Positions 18,962 to 27,871 of a stretch of DNA of 29,928 nucleotides are shown piece after piece. The position numbers were made by a program, and so were the translations under genes. Source of the stretch: an uncultured Thermococci archaeon (GTDB lineage: Archaea; Methanobacteriota_B; Thermococci; Thermococcales; Thermococcaceae); NCBI GenBank assembly GCA_964615185.1, contig CAZTOS010000023.1, forward strand, positions 1-29,928, written 5' to 3'. Position 1 is the stretch's first letter. Every line of letters begins with the position of its first letter. The notes under the pieces are model-generated. The model was given only the letters and a program-made list of their open reading frames with translations, ran no database searches and had not been told where the DNA came from.

Positions 18962-20239
18962 ATGAGCATTCTCATCAAGAACGGTCACGTCATTTACGGT
19001 GAGAATTTTGAGGTGCTCAAAGCTGACGTTCTCATAGAGAACAATCGAATCGTCAAGGTTGCCAAGGAAATAAGCGAGGCCGCTGATACGGTTATAGATG
19101 CAAAGGGAAAAGTTATCTCTCCAGGGTTCATAAATCTGCACACCCATTCCCCAATGGGACTCTTTAGAGGGTTGGCTGATGATTTGCCCCTTATGGACTG
19201 GCTTCGAGAGCACATATGGCCAAAGGAAGCGAAGCTTACAAGAGAATACGTCAAAGTTGGGGCATATCTTGGAGCATTGGAGATGATTAAAACAGGAACT
19301 ACGGCTTTTTTGGATATGTATTTTTACATGGATGCAGTTGCGGAAGTTGTTCTTGAGTCCGGCATTAGGGGATATCTCAGCTATGGCATGATTGACCTGG
19401 GTGAGCTTGACAAAACGGAAAAAGAGATTAAAGTGGCTTTAAAAACAATGAAATTCATTGAAAAGCTGAACTCTGAGAGAATTCACTTTGTATTTGGCCC
19501 TCATGCACCTTACACTTGCTCAATAGCTCTCCTCAAGAGGGTTAGAGAGCTCGCTAATGAACACAAAAAGCTCATAACAATTCATGTGGCTGAGACGATG
19601 ACTGAAATAGGCCAGATAGCTGAACGTTATGGAAAGAGCCCCGTTGTTCTGCTCGATGATATCGGCTTCTTAGCCGATGACGTTATAATAGCTCATGGTG
19701 TATGGCTTGATAGCTGGGATGTTCATATTTTGGCAAGACATCGCGTGAGCATCGCCCACAATCCAGCCTCAAACATGAAACTTGCGAGTGGAGTTATGCC
19801 CATTGAGAGACTTTTGAATGCTGGGGTAAACATAGGTCTCGGCACTGATGGAAGTGCAAGCAACAACAACTTGGACATGCTTGAGGAGATGAAAATCGCT
19901 GCATTGCTTCACAAAGTTCACAACTTAGATCCAACGGTTGCCGATGCAAAGACAATCTTTAAAATGGCAACCCAGAACGGTGCAAAAGCTTTGCACTTGA
20001 ATGCTGGGGTAATAAAAGAAGGTGCTTTGGCTGATTTGGTGATTATAGACTTCAATCAGCCACACTTGAGACCCATTAATAATGTTATAAGTCATCTGGT
20101 TTATTCTGCAAACGGCAACGATGTGGAAACGACGATAGTTGATGGGAAGATTTTGATGCTCGATAGAGAAGTTCTCACATTGGACGAGGAGAAAATTTTG
20201 GAAAAAGCTGAAGAGGTTGTGGAGAAGCTTGCGGGGTGA
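18962..20239 (+). CDS. mtaD: 5-methylthioadenosine/S-adenosylhomocysteine deaminase (amidohydrolase)
   Basis: PGFINLHTH, GPHAPYTC, HVAET, AHGV, SNMKLASG and GTDGSASNN. Confidence 0.92.
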   Translation: MSILIKNGHVIYGENFEVLKADVLIENNRIVKVAKEISEAADTVIDAKGKVISPGFINLHTHSPMGLFRGLADDLPLMDWLREHIWPKEAKLTREYVKVGAYLGALEMIKTGTTAFLDMYFYMDAVAEVVLESGIRGYLSYGMIDLGELDKTEKEIKVALKTMKFIEKLNSERIHFVFGPHAPYTCSIALLKRVRELANEHKKLITIHVAETMTEIGQIAERYGKSPVVLLDDIGFLADDVIIAHGVWLDSWDVHILARHRVSIAHNPASNMKLASGVMPIERLLNAGVNIGLGTDGSASNNNLDMLEEMKIAALLHKVHNLDPTVADAKTIFKMATQNGAKALHLNAGVIKEGALADLVIIDFNQPHLRPINNVISHLVYSANGNDVETTIVDGKILMLDREVLTLDEEKILEKAEEVVEKLAG

Positions 20240-20248
20240 GGTTATGGA
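20235..20248 (+). repeat. 14-bp direct repeat GGTGAGGTTATGGA (left boundary of the three-gene cassette)
   Basis: Identical to 22591-22604; spans the mtaD stop, an RBS and the next ATG. Confidence 0.85.
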
Positions 20249-21113
20249 TGCAATGCAAGTATCGGCTGTGATATCTGGCATTGTTTCGCTTTTCGTTTCG
20301 CTTTTCGTTGCAAGGTATGAGCTTAAAAAACATGAGGACATCCATGCAAAGGAGAGTCACTTGAGAGATATCAAGGAAAAAGTTATCATTCCGCTACGGG
20401 AAGCATTCGAGAATCATTGGAGCATTCAAGTTGATGACAGCCAAAAAGCTATAATAATCGAGCCACATATAGGAACAAGATGCAAAATACCTCTTAGCTT
20501 CATAAATGATATACAGGAGTATCACTTTCCGGAGTTAAGTACATTATGGAGGTATTTTGAGACAGAGAAGGAGTACGAAAACATTGAAACAAAAATAATG
20601 GAAATTGTGGAAGAAATAGCTAATCAAAAAATTAAAGAATTTCCACCCCAAATATCCCATAATTTCATCAAGGAGAAAAATGAGAGTCTTTCTCTGTGTA
20701 GTGCGCTCTCTCGATTTATACATTCCAAGCTACAAAAGATAGCTAACGGAGATAAGAATTCTGTGCTTGAAGATGCTGAAAAGGCAATACACCCACAAAA
20801 GGTTGGAGATATTCTTGAAGTGCGGTTTGGCGCTTATATCATATATGAAGAACATGTGGATAATCTCTCAATGAAAGAAAGGGAGTATTGCTTACCAATT
20901 ATAGTCGCGATTATGAACATTATCCAGACACTTTTAGAAGACGAGAAAATTAATAAAATCGCTAAGGAAGCTGAAAATCTTAAGAAAAGTCTTTTGAAGC
21001 TAAGGGAAGAATTAGTTGAAACATTAAGAAAAATTGAGCGTGTTCAAAAATTGCCAGAAAAGAGGAAGAAGTTTATATTTTTCTCAGAAAAATGTCCATA
21101 TCTGAGGGGATAA
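20244..21113 (+). CDS. Hypothetical protein with N-terminal transmembrane helix and helical/coiled-coil body
   Basis: ATG20244 follows a GGTGAGG RBS; hydrophobic VSAVISGIVSLFVSLFVA; E/K-rich helices. Confidence 0.8.
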   Translation: MDAMQVSAVISGIVSLFVSLFVARYELKKHEDIHAKESHLRDIKEKVIIPLREAFENHWSIQVDDSQKAIIIEPHIGTRCKIPLSFINDIQEYHFPELSTLWRYFETEKEYENIETKIMEIVEEIANQKIKEFPPQISHNFIKEKNESLSLCSALSRFIHSKLQKIANGDKNSVLEDAEKAIHPQKVGDILEVRFGAYIIYEEHVDNLSMKEREYCLPIIVAIMNIIQTLLEDEKINKIAKEAENLKKSLLKLREELVETLRKIERVQKLPEKRKKFIFFSEKCPYLRG

Positions 21114-21156
21114 GCTTAATATTGCTTAATCTCATAGATCTTTTCGGTGATTCCTC

Positions 21157-22122
21157 ATGATCAAAACCCTCACAATCAAAAACTTCAAGTCAATCAAAAG
21201 TCTAAAGCTTGACTGTAAAAGAATTAACATCTTTATTGGCAAGCCCAACGTGGGAAAGTCCAACATCTTAGAGGCTTTAGGAATTCTCTCTTTTGGTGGC
21301 TATGGCGGAGATTTGCGAGATTTTGTTAGGTTTGAGAACGTTGCGAATCTTTTCTATGACAATGACCTAAATGAAGTCATTGAAATGTCTACGGAACAAG
21401 TAAAGTTCACAATGAGCTTTGATGGAGCAATATTTGTTGGGAAGTATGGAGAGTTCGGTGATGTAAAGCTTGAATACAGCGGAAGATTAGTCCCTAAAAG
21501 CTACATTCCACTTCAAAAGCTCAAAAACTTCAAATTCTATCGCTTCAAAAAATTAAATAAATTCTCTCCGGGCAATCCAGAATTTTTGTTGCCTCCAGAT
21601 GGTAGGAACCTTTTAACTATTTTGCTAACTCATAAAGAGCTAAAATCAACGATTGCGGACATCTTTAAATCGTACGGGCTAAGAATAGCCCTCAAACCCC
21701 AAGAAAATAAAATCGAAGTGGTGAAGCTTTTAGAGGACATACTTATAAGCTATCCGTACTCTGTAGTTTCAGACACTTTGCAGAGAATTGTTTTCTACTT
21801 GACGGCAATTGAATCTAACAAAAACTCGATTTTAGTTTTTGAAGAACCAGAAGCTCACGCTTTCCCATATTACACCAAGTTCTTGGCTGAGAGAATAGCG
21901 TTAGATGAAAGCAATCAGTACTTCATCTCAACTCACAATCCATACTTCCTCCTTTCTGTGCTCGAAAAGAGTCCATTAGAAGATATCAACGTATTTGTGG
22001 TTTACTTTGAGGATTACCAGACAAAAGCGAAGCCCTTAAGTAGAAATGAATTGGAGAAAATTATAAGCCTTGAACTCGATGTTTTCTTTAACATTGATAG
22101 ATTCTTGGAGGAGCAGTTATGA
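21157..22122 (+). CDS. ABC-type ATPase (AAA_15/AAA_21, OLD/AriA-like)
   Basis: IKNFKSI, Walker A GKPNVGKS, degenerate signature VSDTLQR, Walker B/D-loop VFEEPEAHAFP and H-switch ISTHN. Confidence 0.9.
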   Translation: MIKTLTIKNFKSIKSLKLDCKRINIFIGKPNVGKSNILEALGILSFGGYGGDLRDFVRFENVANLFYDNDLNEVIEMSTEQVKFTMSFDGAIFVGKYGEFGDVKLEYSGRLVPKSYIPLQKLKNFKFYRFKKLNKFSPGNPEFLLPPDGRNLLTILLTHKELKSTIADIFKSYGLRIALKPQENKIEVVKLLEDILISYPYSVVSDTLQRIVFYLTAIESNKNSILVFEEPEAHAFPYYTKFLAERIALDESNQYFISTHNPYFLLSVLEKSPLEDINVFVVYFEDYQTKAKPLSRNELEKIISLELDVFFNIDRFLEEQL

Positions 22123-22595
22123 AATTTGAAGGTGTTGTTTTTGTGGAATGTAATCCAGATAAGCTCCTCATTCAAAAGCTGGGCGTTCCTAAAAGGAAGA
22201 TTGTTCACGCTGGCTCAAAAAGTGAAGTGTGCAAAAGGCTGAGCAGAAGTGTGAGTAGTATTGGCGTTGTTGACGAAGACCCGTTTAGCATTCAGCCACG
22301 CTACATTGGGAAGCTAAAAACTATTGAAGACTCACAAAAACTTGGTATCAGAGTTCTACTTGATGAAGGGAATAACAACTTTGTAATAATCCTTTCTCCA
22401 AGGCTTGAGGAATGGATAATAGAAGCATCTAAGGAAGCAAAAATCACCATGAGCAAATATGGTCTCCCAAGAGATGGAAATAAGCTACATAAGGTTATAA
22501 ACAGCAATCTTGACAAATTTGAAAAGCTTTTGGATGAACTTATTAATAAAAGTGAAAAGCTCCTTGCTCTGAAGAGATATCTCCTAAGGAGGTGA
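22119..22595 (+). CDS. Small TOPRIM-like protein, translationally coupled to the ATPase
   Basis: VFVECNPD (conserved Glu), GSK, GVVDED (DxD) and LEEW, the pattern of OLD/DUF4435-type TOPRIM domains; ATGA overlap with the ATPase. Confidence 0.75.
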   Translation: MKFEGVVFVECNPDKLLIQKLGVPKRKIVHAGSKSEVCKRLSRSVSSIGVVDEDPFSIQPRYIGKLKTIEDSQKLGIRVLLDEGNNNFVIILSPRLEEWIIEASKEAKITMSKYGLPRDGNKLHKVINSNLDKFEKLLDELINKSEKLLALKRYLLRR

Positions 22596-22604
22596 GGTTA
22601 TGGA
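22591..22604 (+). repeat. 14-bp direct repeat GGTGAGGTTATGGA (right boundary of the three-gene cassette)
   Basis: Identical to 20235-20248; spans the TOPRIM stop, an RBS and the macrodomain ATG. Confidence 0.85.
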
Positions 22605-23160
22605 ATTCCGCTTTGGAAATTTAATTTTTAAGATTGCTCAAGGGGATATAACCCGTTTTAGAGCTGAAGCCATTGTAAATGCCGCCAACAAGTATTTGGA
22701 GCATGGCGGTGGAGTTGCTTATGCGATAGCAAAAGCTGCCGCTGGAAACGTTCGGGAGTATATAAGGATAAGCAAGGAAGCTATGAGGGAGCAGATTGGA
22801 AGGGACTGGATTGAGCATGGAGAAGTCGTTGTAACTCCAGCTTTAAGGTTGGAGCAGTATGGGATTAAATATGTCATTCACACAGTTGGCCCTTACTGCG
22901 GCGGCAGATGGGATGAGGATAAAAAAGAGAGGCTCAAGAAAGCCATTCTTGGAGCTTTAAGAAAAGCTGATGAATTAAAAGTTAGAAGCATAGCTTTTCC
23001 GGCCATAAGTGCTGGAATTTATGGCTGTCCTTTTGAGGAAGTTGTAAGAACGTTCCTTGAGACAGTTGAAGAGTTTTCAAGGGAAGCAGAGAACGTGGGG
23101 GAGGTCTATTTGGTGCTTTACTCGAAGAAGGATTATGAGAGGGCTTTAAGGCTTCTTTAA
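22600..23160 (+). CDS. Macrodomain ADP-ribose-binding protein / ADP-ribosylhydrolase (AF1521-like)
   Basis: QGDIT, AIVNAAN...HGGGVAYAI, VIHTVGP and AFPAISAGIYG. Confidence 0.95.
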   Translation: MEFRFGNLIFKIAQGDITRFRAEAIVNAANKYLEHGGGVAYAIAKAAAGNVREYIRISKEAMREQIGRDWIEHGEVVVTPALRLEQYGIKYVIHTVGPYCGGRWDEDKKERLKKAILGALRKADELKVRSIAFPAISAGIYGCPFEEVVRTFLETVEEFSREAENVGEVYLVLYSKKDYERALRLL

Positions 23161-23642
23161 AATGATAATTCAATGAAAACGGACAGAAAACTCAAAAAGA
23201 ACCGCTCTTCCGAAAGCCTCGGCTGATTTCACTTCTTTTAATGCTCTGGCTTGTCTTTCGGGTCATATTGATCATGGATGTGCTTGGCATTGTCTTCTTT
23301 TATAATGCTCCCTTCTCATGAAGTTATCCATGTCCCGTTTCGCCATTTTGGGCTACATCTTCCTTATGGATGCCTTCTCTTTTTCTAAAGTAACAAGACA
23401 CTAATCACCAATATGTACAAAATTAGAGCTGGTTCAGAGAGTGGTTCATGCACAAAAGCTCTCACACATCAAGGGCACGGCAACTATATTGTATAGGTTG
23501 ATTAAGCATTACGCTGTACTTTCTAAAACTCGTCTATGGATTTAATCATGCAGAAGGTTTAATTTAGATAACTCATGTGTTTAACATGTTCGCCATAAAT
23601 TTTTAAATTTGCAAAGGTTATAAATGATTGAAGGGGATATTT

Positions 23643-23885
23643 GTGAAAGTGGAAGTAGTAATGCCAAAATTAGGCCTGACTATGGAAAGTGGCACTATAA
23701 TAAAGTGGATGAAAAAGGAGGGAGATTCTGTTAGGAAAGGTGAGGTAATAGTGGAGGTGGAAAGCGAAAAGCTTACCGGAGAAGTTGAGTCCCCGGCTGA
23801 TGGAATTCTTGTTAAGATACTACATAAGGAAGGAGATGAGGTTCCTGTTGGGGAGCCGATAGCGTTAATTGAAACGGAGGTGTAA
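23643..23885 (+). CDS. Stand-alone lipoyl-domain protein
   Basis: MPKLGLTMESGTIIKW.KKEGD.V..GE.I.EVESEK (lipoyl Lys)...VPVGEPIA; ends after about 80 aa. Confidence 0.92.
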   Translation: MKVEVVMPKLGLTMESGTIIKWMKKEGDSVRKGEVIVEVESEKLTGEVESPADGILVKILHKEGDEVPVGEPIALIETEV

Positions 23886-23887
23886 AG

Positions 23888-25075
23888 ATGAGAAAATTTG
23901 GGGCTGTGTTGTTGTTGGGAATTTTGATTTTTGGCGTGCTTGGAGCTGGGTGTGTAGGAAAAGAGACCACCACTTCTACAGCCTCAGCCTCTACTGGGTC
24001 GGAATCAACCTCGCCATCTTCTTCAGCATCTCCCACACCCGCTAAGGTATACAAAATGAGTGTTGTTGTTGGACCAAATTCCCCTTGGGGACAAGCTGCA
24101 AAGATGTGGGCAGATGAAGTAGAGAAAAGGACAAATGGCAGAGTGAAGATTCAGATATATTTCTCTGGACAGCTTTTTGCAGGAAAACAGACAAATGAGT
24201 TTGTTTTACTTAGCCAAGGAGTTGCGGACTTTGCTGTTGGCTCGACAATAAACTGGGCACCTCAGGTTAAAGAGCTGAACCTGTTTATACTGCCATTCTT
24301 CTTCCCTGAAGGAAATAAGAAGGGAGATATATACAAGGCAGTTGATGCTGTGGAGAATGGAAAAGCGGGCAAAAGAATTGCAGAAATACTAGAAAGCAAA
24401 GGTGTAGTCCCATTAGCATGGGGTGAAAATGGATTTAGACAAGTAACCAACTGGAAGCATCCGATTGAAACTCCAGATGACCTTAAAGGGCTGAAAATTA
24501 GGGTAGTTGGCTCACCCATATTCATTGACACATTCAAAGCCTTGGGTGCCGATCCGACGATGATGAACTGGGGTGATGCTATTACAGCATTCCAGCAGAG
24601 AGTAGTTGATGGGCAAGAAAACCCAATAAACATCGTTATAATTCCATACAAGATTTACGAGTTCCACAAATACATGACGATATGGGACTATGCAATTGAC
24701 CCGCTAATATTTGCTGTAAACAAAAAGACGTGGGAATCTTTTGACCCACAGACCCAGCAGATAATAAAGGAAGCCGCCATAAAAGCGGCCAGATGGGAAA
24801 AAGCTATGGCACGTATAGGTCTTGACGACGGCACCTCCATCAAAATACTAAAAGAAGAATACAACTACACTCCCGAGATAACAGAGCCCATCAGCTTTTT
24901 GGAAGATAAGGGAATGGAAATAACAGCTTTATCTCCAGACCAGAGGGCGGAGTTCAAAGCCAAGGTTGGCGGTGTTTACAAGACGTGGATACCGAAGATT
25001 GGAAATGACTTAGTAAATGACGCAGTTTCAGATATCGAGAATGCCCTCGGCATAAAAGTTGAAATTCCTTCGTGA
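23888..25075 (+). CDS. dctP: TRAP transporter solute-binding lipoprotein DctP
   Basis: Lipobox GAGC, Ser/Thr linker, TNGRVKIQIY, ENGFRQ, DLKGLKIRV and VVDGQENP. Confidence 0.93.
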   Translation: MRKFGAVLLLGILIFGVLGAGCVGKETTTSTASASTGSESTSPSSSASPTPAKVYKMSVVVGPNSPWGQAAKMWADEVEKRTNGRVKIQIYFSGQLFAGKQTNEFVLLSQGVADFAVGSTINWAPQVKELNLFILPFFFPEGNKKGDIYKAVDAVENGKAGKRIAEILESKGVVPLAWGENGFRQVTNWKHPIETPDDLKGLKIRVVGSPIFIDTFKALGADPTMMNWGDAITAFQQRVVDGQENPINIVIIPYKIYEFHKYMTIWDYAIDPLIFAVNKKTWESFDPQTQQIIKEAAIKAARWEKAMARIGLDDGTSIKILKEEYNYTPEITEPISFLEDKGMEITALSPDQRAEFKAKVGGVYKTWIPKIGNDLVNDAVSDIENALGIKVEIPS

Positions 25076-25116
25076 CTCATTTTAATTTTTCTTTTTTCGG
25101 AAAGGAGGTGTTTGAT

Positions 25117-25572
25117 TTGGCAGAGAAAATCGAACCAGAGGGGTATGTTGCAGCCGTTCTTCTTCTTATCATGATCCTTGTAGCGTTTGTAAACGTTGTT
25201 ACAAGATACCTCTTTCACGCTTCTATAGCGTTTACAGAAGAAATTGAAGTGGCATTTTTCGTGTGGGTAACGTTCCTGGGGATAGGTATGGCATTTAGAA
25301 GAGGTTCTCATCTGGCCATGGTGTTTGTAAGGGATAGGGTGCCCGTAAGAAAGCATCTTATAATATTCGGGCAGATACTCAGTTTAATCCTTTTCATTGT
25401 GGTTCTTTATCTCACAGCCAAGTACGTCTATCTTGATATGACAATTTATCATTCAACGACGATGGCTTTGGGTATTCCAATGTGGGTATATACAATTGGA
25501 ATGCCAATAATATCCATTCTGGTGATTTTTAGAATAGCACAGAGCATAAGGGAGGCAATGAAAAATGCTTGA
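25117..25572 (+). CDS. dctQ: TRAP transporter small permease DctQ
   Basis: NVVTRY, FTEEI, VWVTFLG and H motifs; four TM helices; AGGAGGTG RBS before TTG25117. Confidence 0.9.
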   Translation: MAEKIEPEGYVAAVLLLIMILVAFVNVVTRYLFHASIAFTEEIEVAFFVWVTFLGIGMAFRRGSHLAMVFVRDRVPVRKHLIIFGQILSLILFIVVLYLTAKYVYLDMTIYHSTTMALGIPMWVYTIGMPIISILVIFRIAQSIREAMKNA

Positions 25573-26854
25573 TCCTTCGGTTCTTATACTTCTCATCTTT
25601 GGTATTCTCCTTCTTGCCGGTGTTCCGATAGGAACATCCCTTGGCATAGCCTCAATATTTGCAATCTGGCACTATGCTTATGGGATTGAGGTGGTTGGAC
25701 CAAACATATACTCGGCTATAGCAAAGTTTCCTTTACTCGCAATCCCGTTCTTTGTAACTGCGGGTGTAACCATGCAGGAATCGGGCATCGCAGAGAGAAT
25801 AATAAGACTGGCAAAACTTCTAATAGGAAACATCTATGGGGGTCTTGCAATAGTTGGAGTAGTGGTGGCAACATTTTGGGGAGCAGTTTCTGGTTCAGGA
25901 CCAGCGACCACGGCGGCATTGGGGGTTATCTTAATCCCTGCATTGATAGCGAGTGGCTACTCCAAAGGCTTTTCAGCCGGTGTCATATCAACCGCATCCG
26001 GTTTGGCAATAATAATACCCCCAAGCATAGCCTTTATCATCTACGGTGTAATAACGAGCGTTTCCATTGGAGCCCTTTTTATTGGAGGTATAATCCCCGG
26101 ATTAGTCACAAGCTCCCTTTTGATAGTAACAACATACTTGATATCCAGAAAGAAAGGCTGGAGGGGAGGTGTTGAAAAAAGGAGCATGAGTGAAATTGTT
26201 AGTGCATTTAAAGATTCTCTCCTTGGTCTATTAGCTCCATTGATAATACTTGGGGGGATTTATGGAGGAGTATTTACCCCAACTGAGGCGGCAGTTGTGG
26301 CAGTTGTTTATTCTTGGTTCATAGGGGCTGTTGTTTACAGGACAATAACTTTTAAGAAGTTTATCAAGATTCTAAGAGACTCCGCAGAAACCTCAGCTGT
26401 TGTTATGTTTGTTGTTACATTTGCAACACTGTTTTCATGGGTTGAACAAACTGCGGGTCTGATAGATCATGCGGTGGCTGCAATAATGGGTTTTTCAGTC
26501 AATCCAATAGTCATACTGTTCTTGATCAACATCATGTTGCTGATTGCCGGGATGTTTCTGGATGCAATTTCAATATACTATGTTTTCCTCCCCATCTTCA
26601 TGCCAATTATGCAGCATTTTAAATGGGATCCTCTGTGGTTTGGAGTTGTCATGACCATAAATCTTGCAATAGGTCAGGTAACTCCTCCTGTTGCCGTGAA
26701 TGCATATGTTGCGGCAAATATAGCCAAGGTATCATTAGAGGATATAGCTAAGGAGGCACTTCCATTAATACTTGCCGCCATACTGGCATTAATAATTGCG
26801 ATGCTGTTTCCACAGCTTTCTCTTTGGTTACCTAAACGTGCGGGTCTATATTAG
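25565..26854 (+). CDS. dctM: TRAP transporter large permease DctM
   Basis: LLAIPFF, SGSGPAT, IIPPSI, GVFTPTEAA and GQVTPPV. Confidence 0.95.
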   Translation: MLDPSVLILLIFGILLLAGVPIGTSLGIASIFAIWHYAYGIEVVGPNIYSAIAKFPLLAIPFFVTAGVTMQESGIAERIIRLAKLLIGNIYGGLAIVGVVVATFWGAVSGSGPATTAALGVILIPALIASGYSKGFSAGVISTASGLAIIIPPSIAFIIYGVITSVSIGALFIGGIIPGLVTSSLLIVTTYLISRKKGWRGGVEKRSMSEIVSAFKDSLLGLLAPLIILGGIYGGVFTPTEAAVVAVVYSWFIGAVVYRTITFKKFIKILRDSAETSAVVMFVVTFATLFSWVEQTAGLIDHAVAAIMGFSVNPIVILFLINIMLLIAGMFLDAISIYYVFLPIFMPIMQHFKWDPLWFGVVMTINLAIGQVTPPVAVNAYVAANIAKVSLEDIAKEALPLILAAILALIIAMLFPQLSLWLPKRAGLY

Positions 26855-26865
26855 GGGGTGTTTGA

Positions 26866-27861
26866 ATGCGGGTTAGATGGGAAGACATACCAAGGGAGAA
26901 GCTGATTTGGATGTATGAGACAATGGTGAAGATAAGAAAGTTTGACACGACGGCGGAACAGAATTTCCTTAGGGGCGAAATTCCCGGATTTATCCATTCG
27001 TATGTGGGAGAAGAAGCTATCGCAACGGGAGTAATGGCAAATCTTAGGGAGGACGATTACATAACGAGCACCCATAGAGGGCATGGACATATGATAGCAA
27101 AGGGTGCGGATTTAAAACGAATGATGGCAGAGCTTTATGGAAAAGAGACCGGGTACTGTAAGGGGAAAGGGGGCTCAATGCACATAGCCGATGTTTCAAA
27201 GGGCGTGCTGGGAGCTAATGGAGAAGTTGGTGGAGGAATTCCCATAGCAGTTGGAGCAGGACTTGCAATTAAATTCAAAGGGACAGATCAGGTTGTTGTT
27301 TCGTTTTTTGGGGATGGAGCAACAAACAGGGGTGCATTCCACGAGGGGCTGAATTTCGCCGCAGTTTATAACCTTCCGGTGATATTTGTCGTGGAGTTCA
27401 ATGAATATGCATCAACGGCACCAGCAAAAGAAATGATACCCGTTAAGAATGTTGCGGTTCGGGCAGCTTCATATGGAATACCCGGAGTGACAATCGATGG
27501 GAATGATGTTCTTGAGGTTTATGAAGCCGCAAAAGTTGCAATAGAGAGGGCAAGACTCGGAGGAGGTCCGTTTTTAATAGAGGCTAAGACGTACAGACTG
27601 AAAGGGCACTTTGTTGGAGACCCTGAGCTTTATAGATCCAAGGAAGAAGTTAGGAAATTCTGGGAAAAAGAGCCCATAGGAAGATATAAAAAATTCTTAC
27701 TTGAGAATGGCATTCTGAGTGAAGAAGAAATGGAGGAGATAGACAGAAAAGTGGATGGGATGATTGAAGAAGCTGTTGAATTTGCGAAAAGGAGCAAATT
27801 CCCAAGACCAGAGGATGCTCTTACGGATCTCTTCGTTGATGATTCCGGCTATGACTACTGA
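26866..27861 (+). CDS. TPP-dependent 2-oxoacid/acetoin dehydrogenase E1 alpha subunit
   Basis: GFIHSYVGEEA, STHRGHGH, GKGGSMH, TPP motif FGDGATN...N and TYRLKGH. Confidence 0.95.
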   Translation: MRVRWEDIPREKLIWMYETMVKIRKFDTTAEQNFLRGEIPGFIHSYVGEEAIATGVMANLREDDYITSTHRGHGHMIAKGADLKRMMAELYGKETGYCKGKGGSMHIADVSKGVLGANGEVGGGIPIAVGAGLAIKFKGTDQVVVSFFGDGATNRGAFHEGLNFAAVYNLPVIFVVEFNEYASTAPAKEMIPVKNVAVRAASYGIPGVTIDGNDVLEVYEAAKVAIERARLGGGPFLIEAKTYRLKGHFVGDPELYRSKEEVRKFWEKEPIGRYKKFLLENGILSEEEMEEIDRKVDGMIEEAVEFAKRSKFPRPEDALTDLFVDDSGYDY

Positions 27862-27871
27862 GGTGAACAAA

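Noticed and set aside
22600..23160. Macrodomain gene as part of the defence cassette (Thoeris/DarG-like)
   Set aside because: It lies outside the 14-bp repeats and looks like the housekeeping AF1521-type protein, so it is probably the original operon neighbour of mtaD.
23587..23599. TGTTCGCCATAAA resembling part of a fluoride riboswitch
   Set aside because: The required upstream GGCGATG pairing strand and the downstream elements are absent.
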